This document shows, piece after piece, positions 63,488 to 64,000 of a stretch of DNA of 64,000 nt (position 1 is the stretch's first letter; each line of letters opens with the position of its first letter). Made by a program: the position numbers and the translations under genes. This stretch comes from Lama glama. Lineage: Eukaryota. The notes beneath the pieces are model-generated. The model made no database searches. It was not told the origin of the DNA and saw only the letters and a program-made list of their open reading frames with translations. Location: positions 100,504,001 through 100,568,000 of the forward strand of contig CM052817.1 of assembly GCA_028534125.1 (NCBI GenBank), read 5' to 3'.

Positions 63488-64000
63488 AAGGTGGCAGCTT
63501 GTAGTGACATTTTCTCCAGAAGGCACTGAAGTCATAATCATTTAGTCTCATCAAGTTTATCAGCTACCTTTATTTTGTAAAAGCTTTAAAAAAATCATGG
63601 TTTTGACTGGAAAATATTTTTGCCTTATATTATTCTAATTGTTATATGTTCATCTGCAACAAAGATACTGGCTGAGAAATCATAATTTTATTAAAACATC
63701 AGTTTGGGCAACTGAGTAAATAGAGAATTTTGACAGATGATTTTCCTTCCTTTCTTTCTAGTAGGCACCAACCATAAAATTTAATAGTTTTAGTAAGGCA
63801 CTCATCGGAAGGAGACTGGCAACATCAAGTAGAGAAAAATTAATAACTGGATAGATTGCACATCTGACAACTATCTTCCAGAAACTAAGAGGATTTTAAT
63901 TTGCTATGTGAAAATAATTTCAGATAAAAAAATGGTAAACAACAGAAAATGGTAGCTCTCTTAGTAGTAAAAATAGAATATAAACAAAGGCTGAAATAAA

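Overview
Mammalian genomic DNA, most likely camelid (inferred from two short tRNA-Ala-derived SINEs resembling vic-1 and artiodactyl-type L1 3' ends). The right third holds the 3' part of FBXW7 (SCF E3 ligase substrate receptor) on the minus strand: eight GT-AG coding exons from 63395 down to the TGA at 48497 (1398 nt, 465 aa plus stop; end of the D domain, F-box, WD40 propeller). A ~1.65 kb 3'UTR packed with miRNA seed matches ends near AATAAA at 46870-46875. The 5' exons lie beyond the right edge. The left ~46 kb is intergenic: L1, MIR, MaLR/ERV LTRs, DNA-transposon fossils, microsatellites and several enhancer-like blocks. No other protein-coding gene is supported and I found no clear previously undescribed system. 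Best leads: (1) the antisense DEspR/DEAR (FBXW7-AS1) frame is recognisable but broken; (2) patchy GC/CpG gain at the FBXW7 3' end that seems to have destroyed a miR-223 site, plus a CpG-rich island just past the poly(A) site; (3) a miR-25/92 8mer overlapping the poly(A) signal; (4) nested L1 insertions with intact TSDs. Repeat subfamily names and human comparisons are from memory, not from a search.
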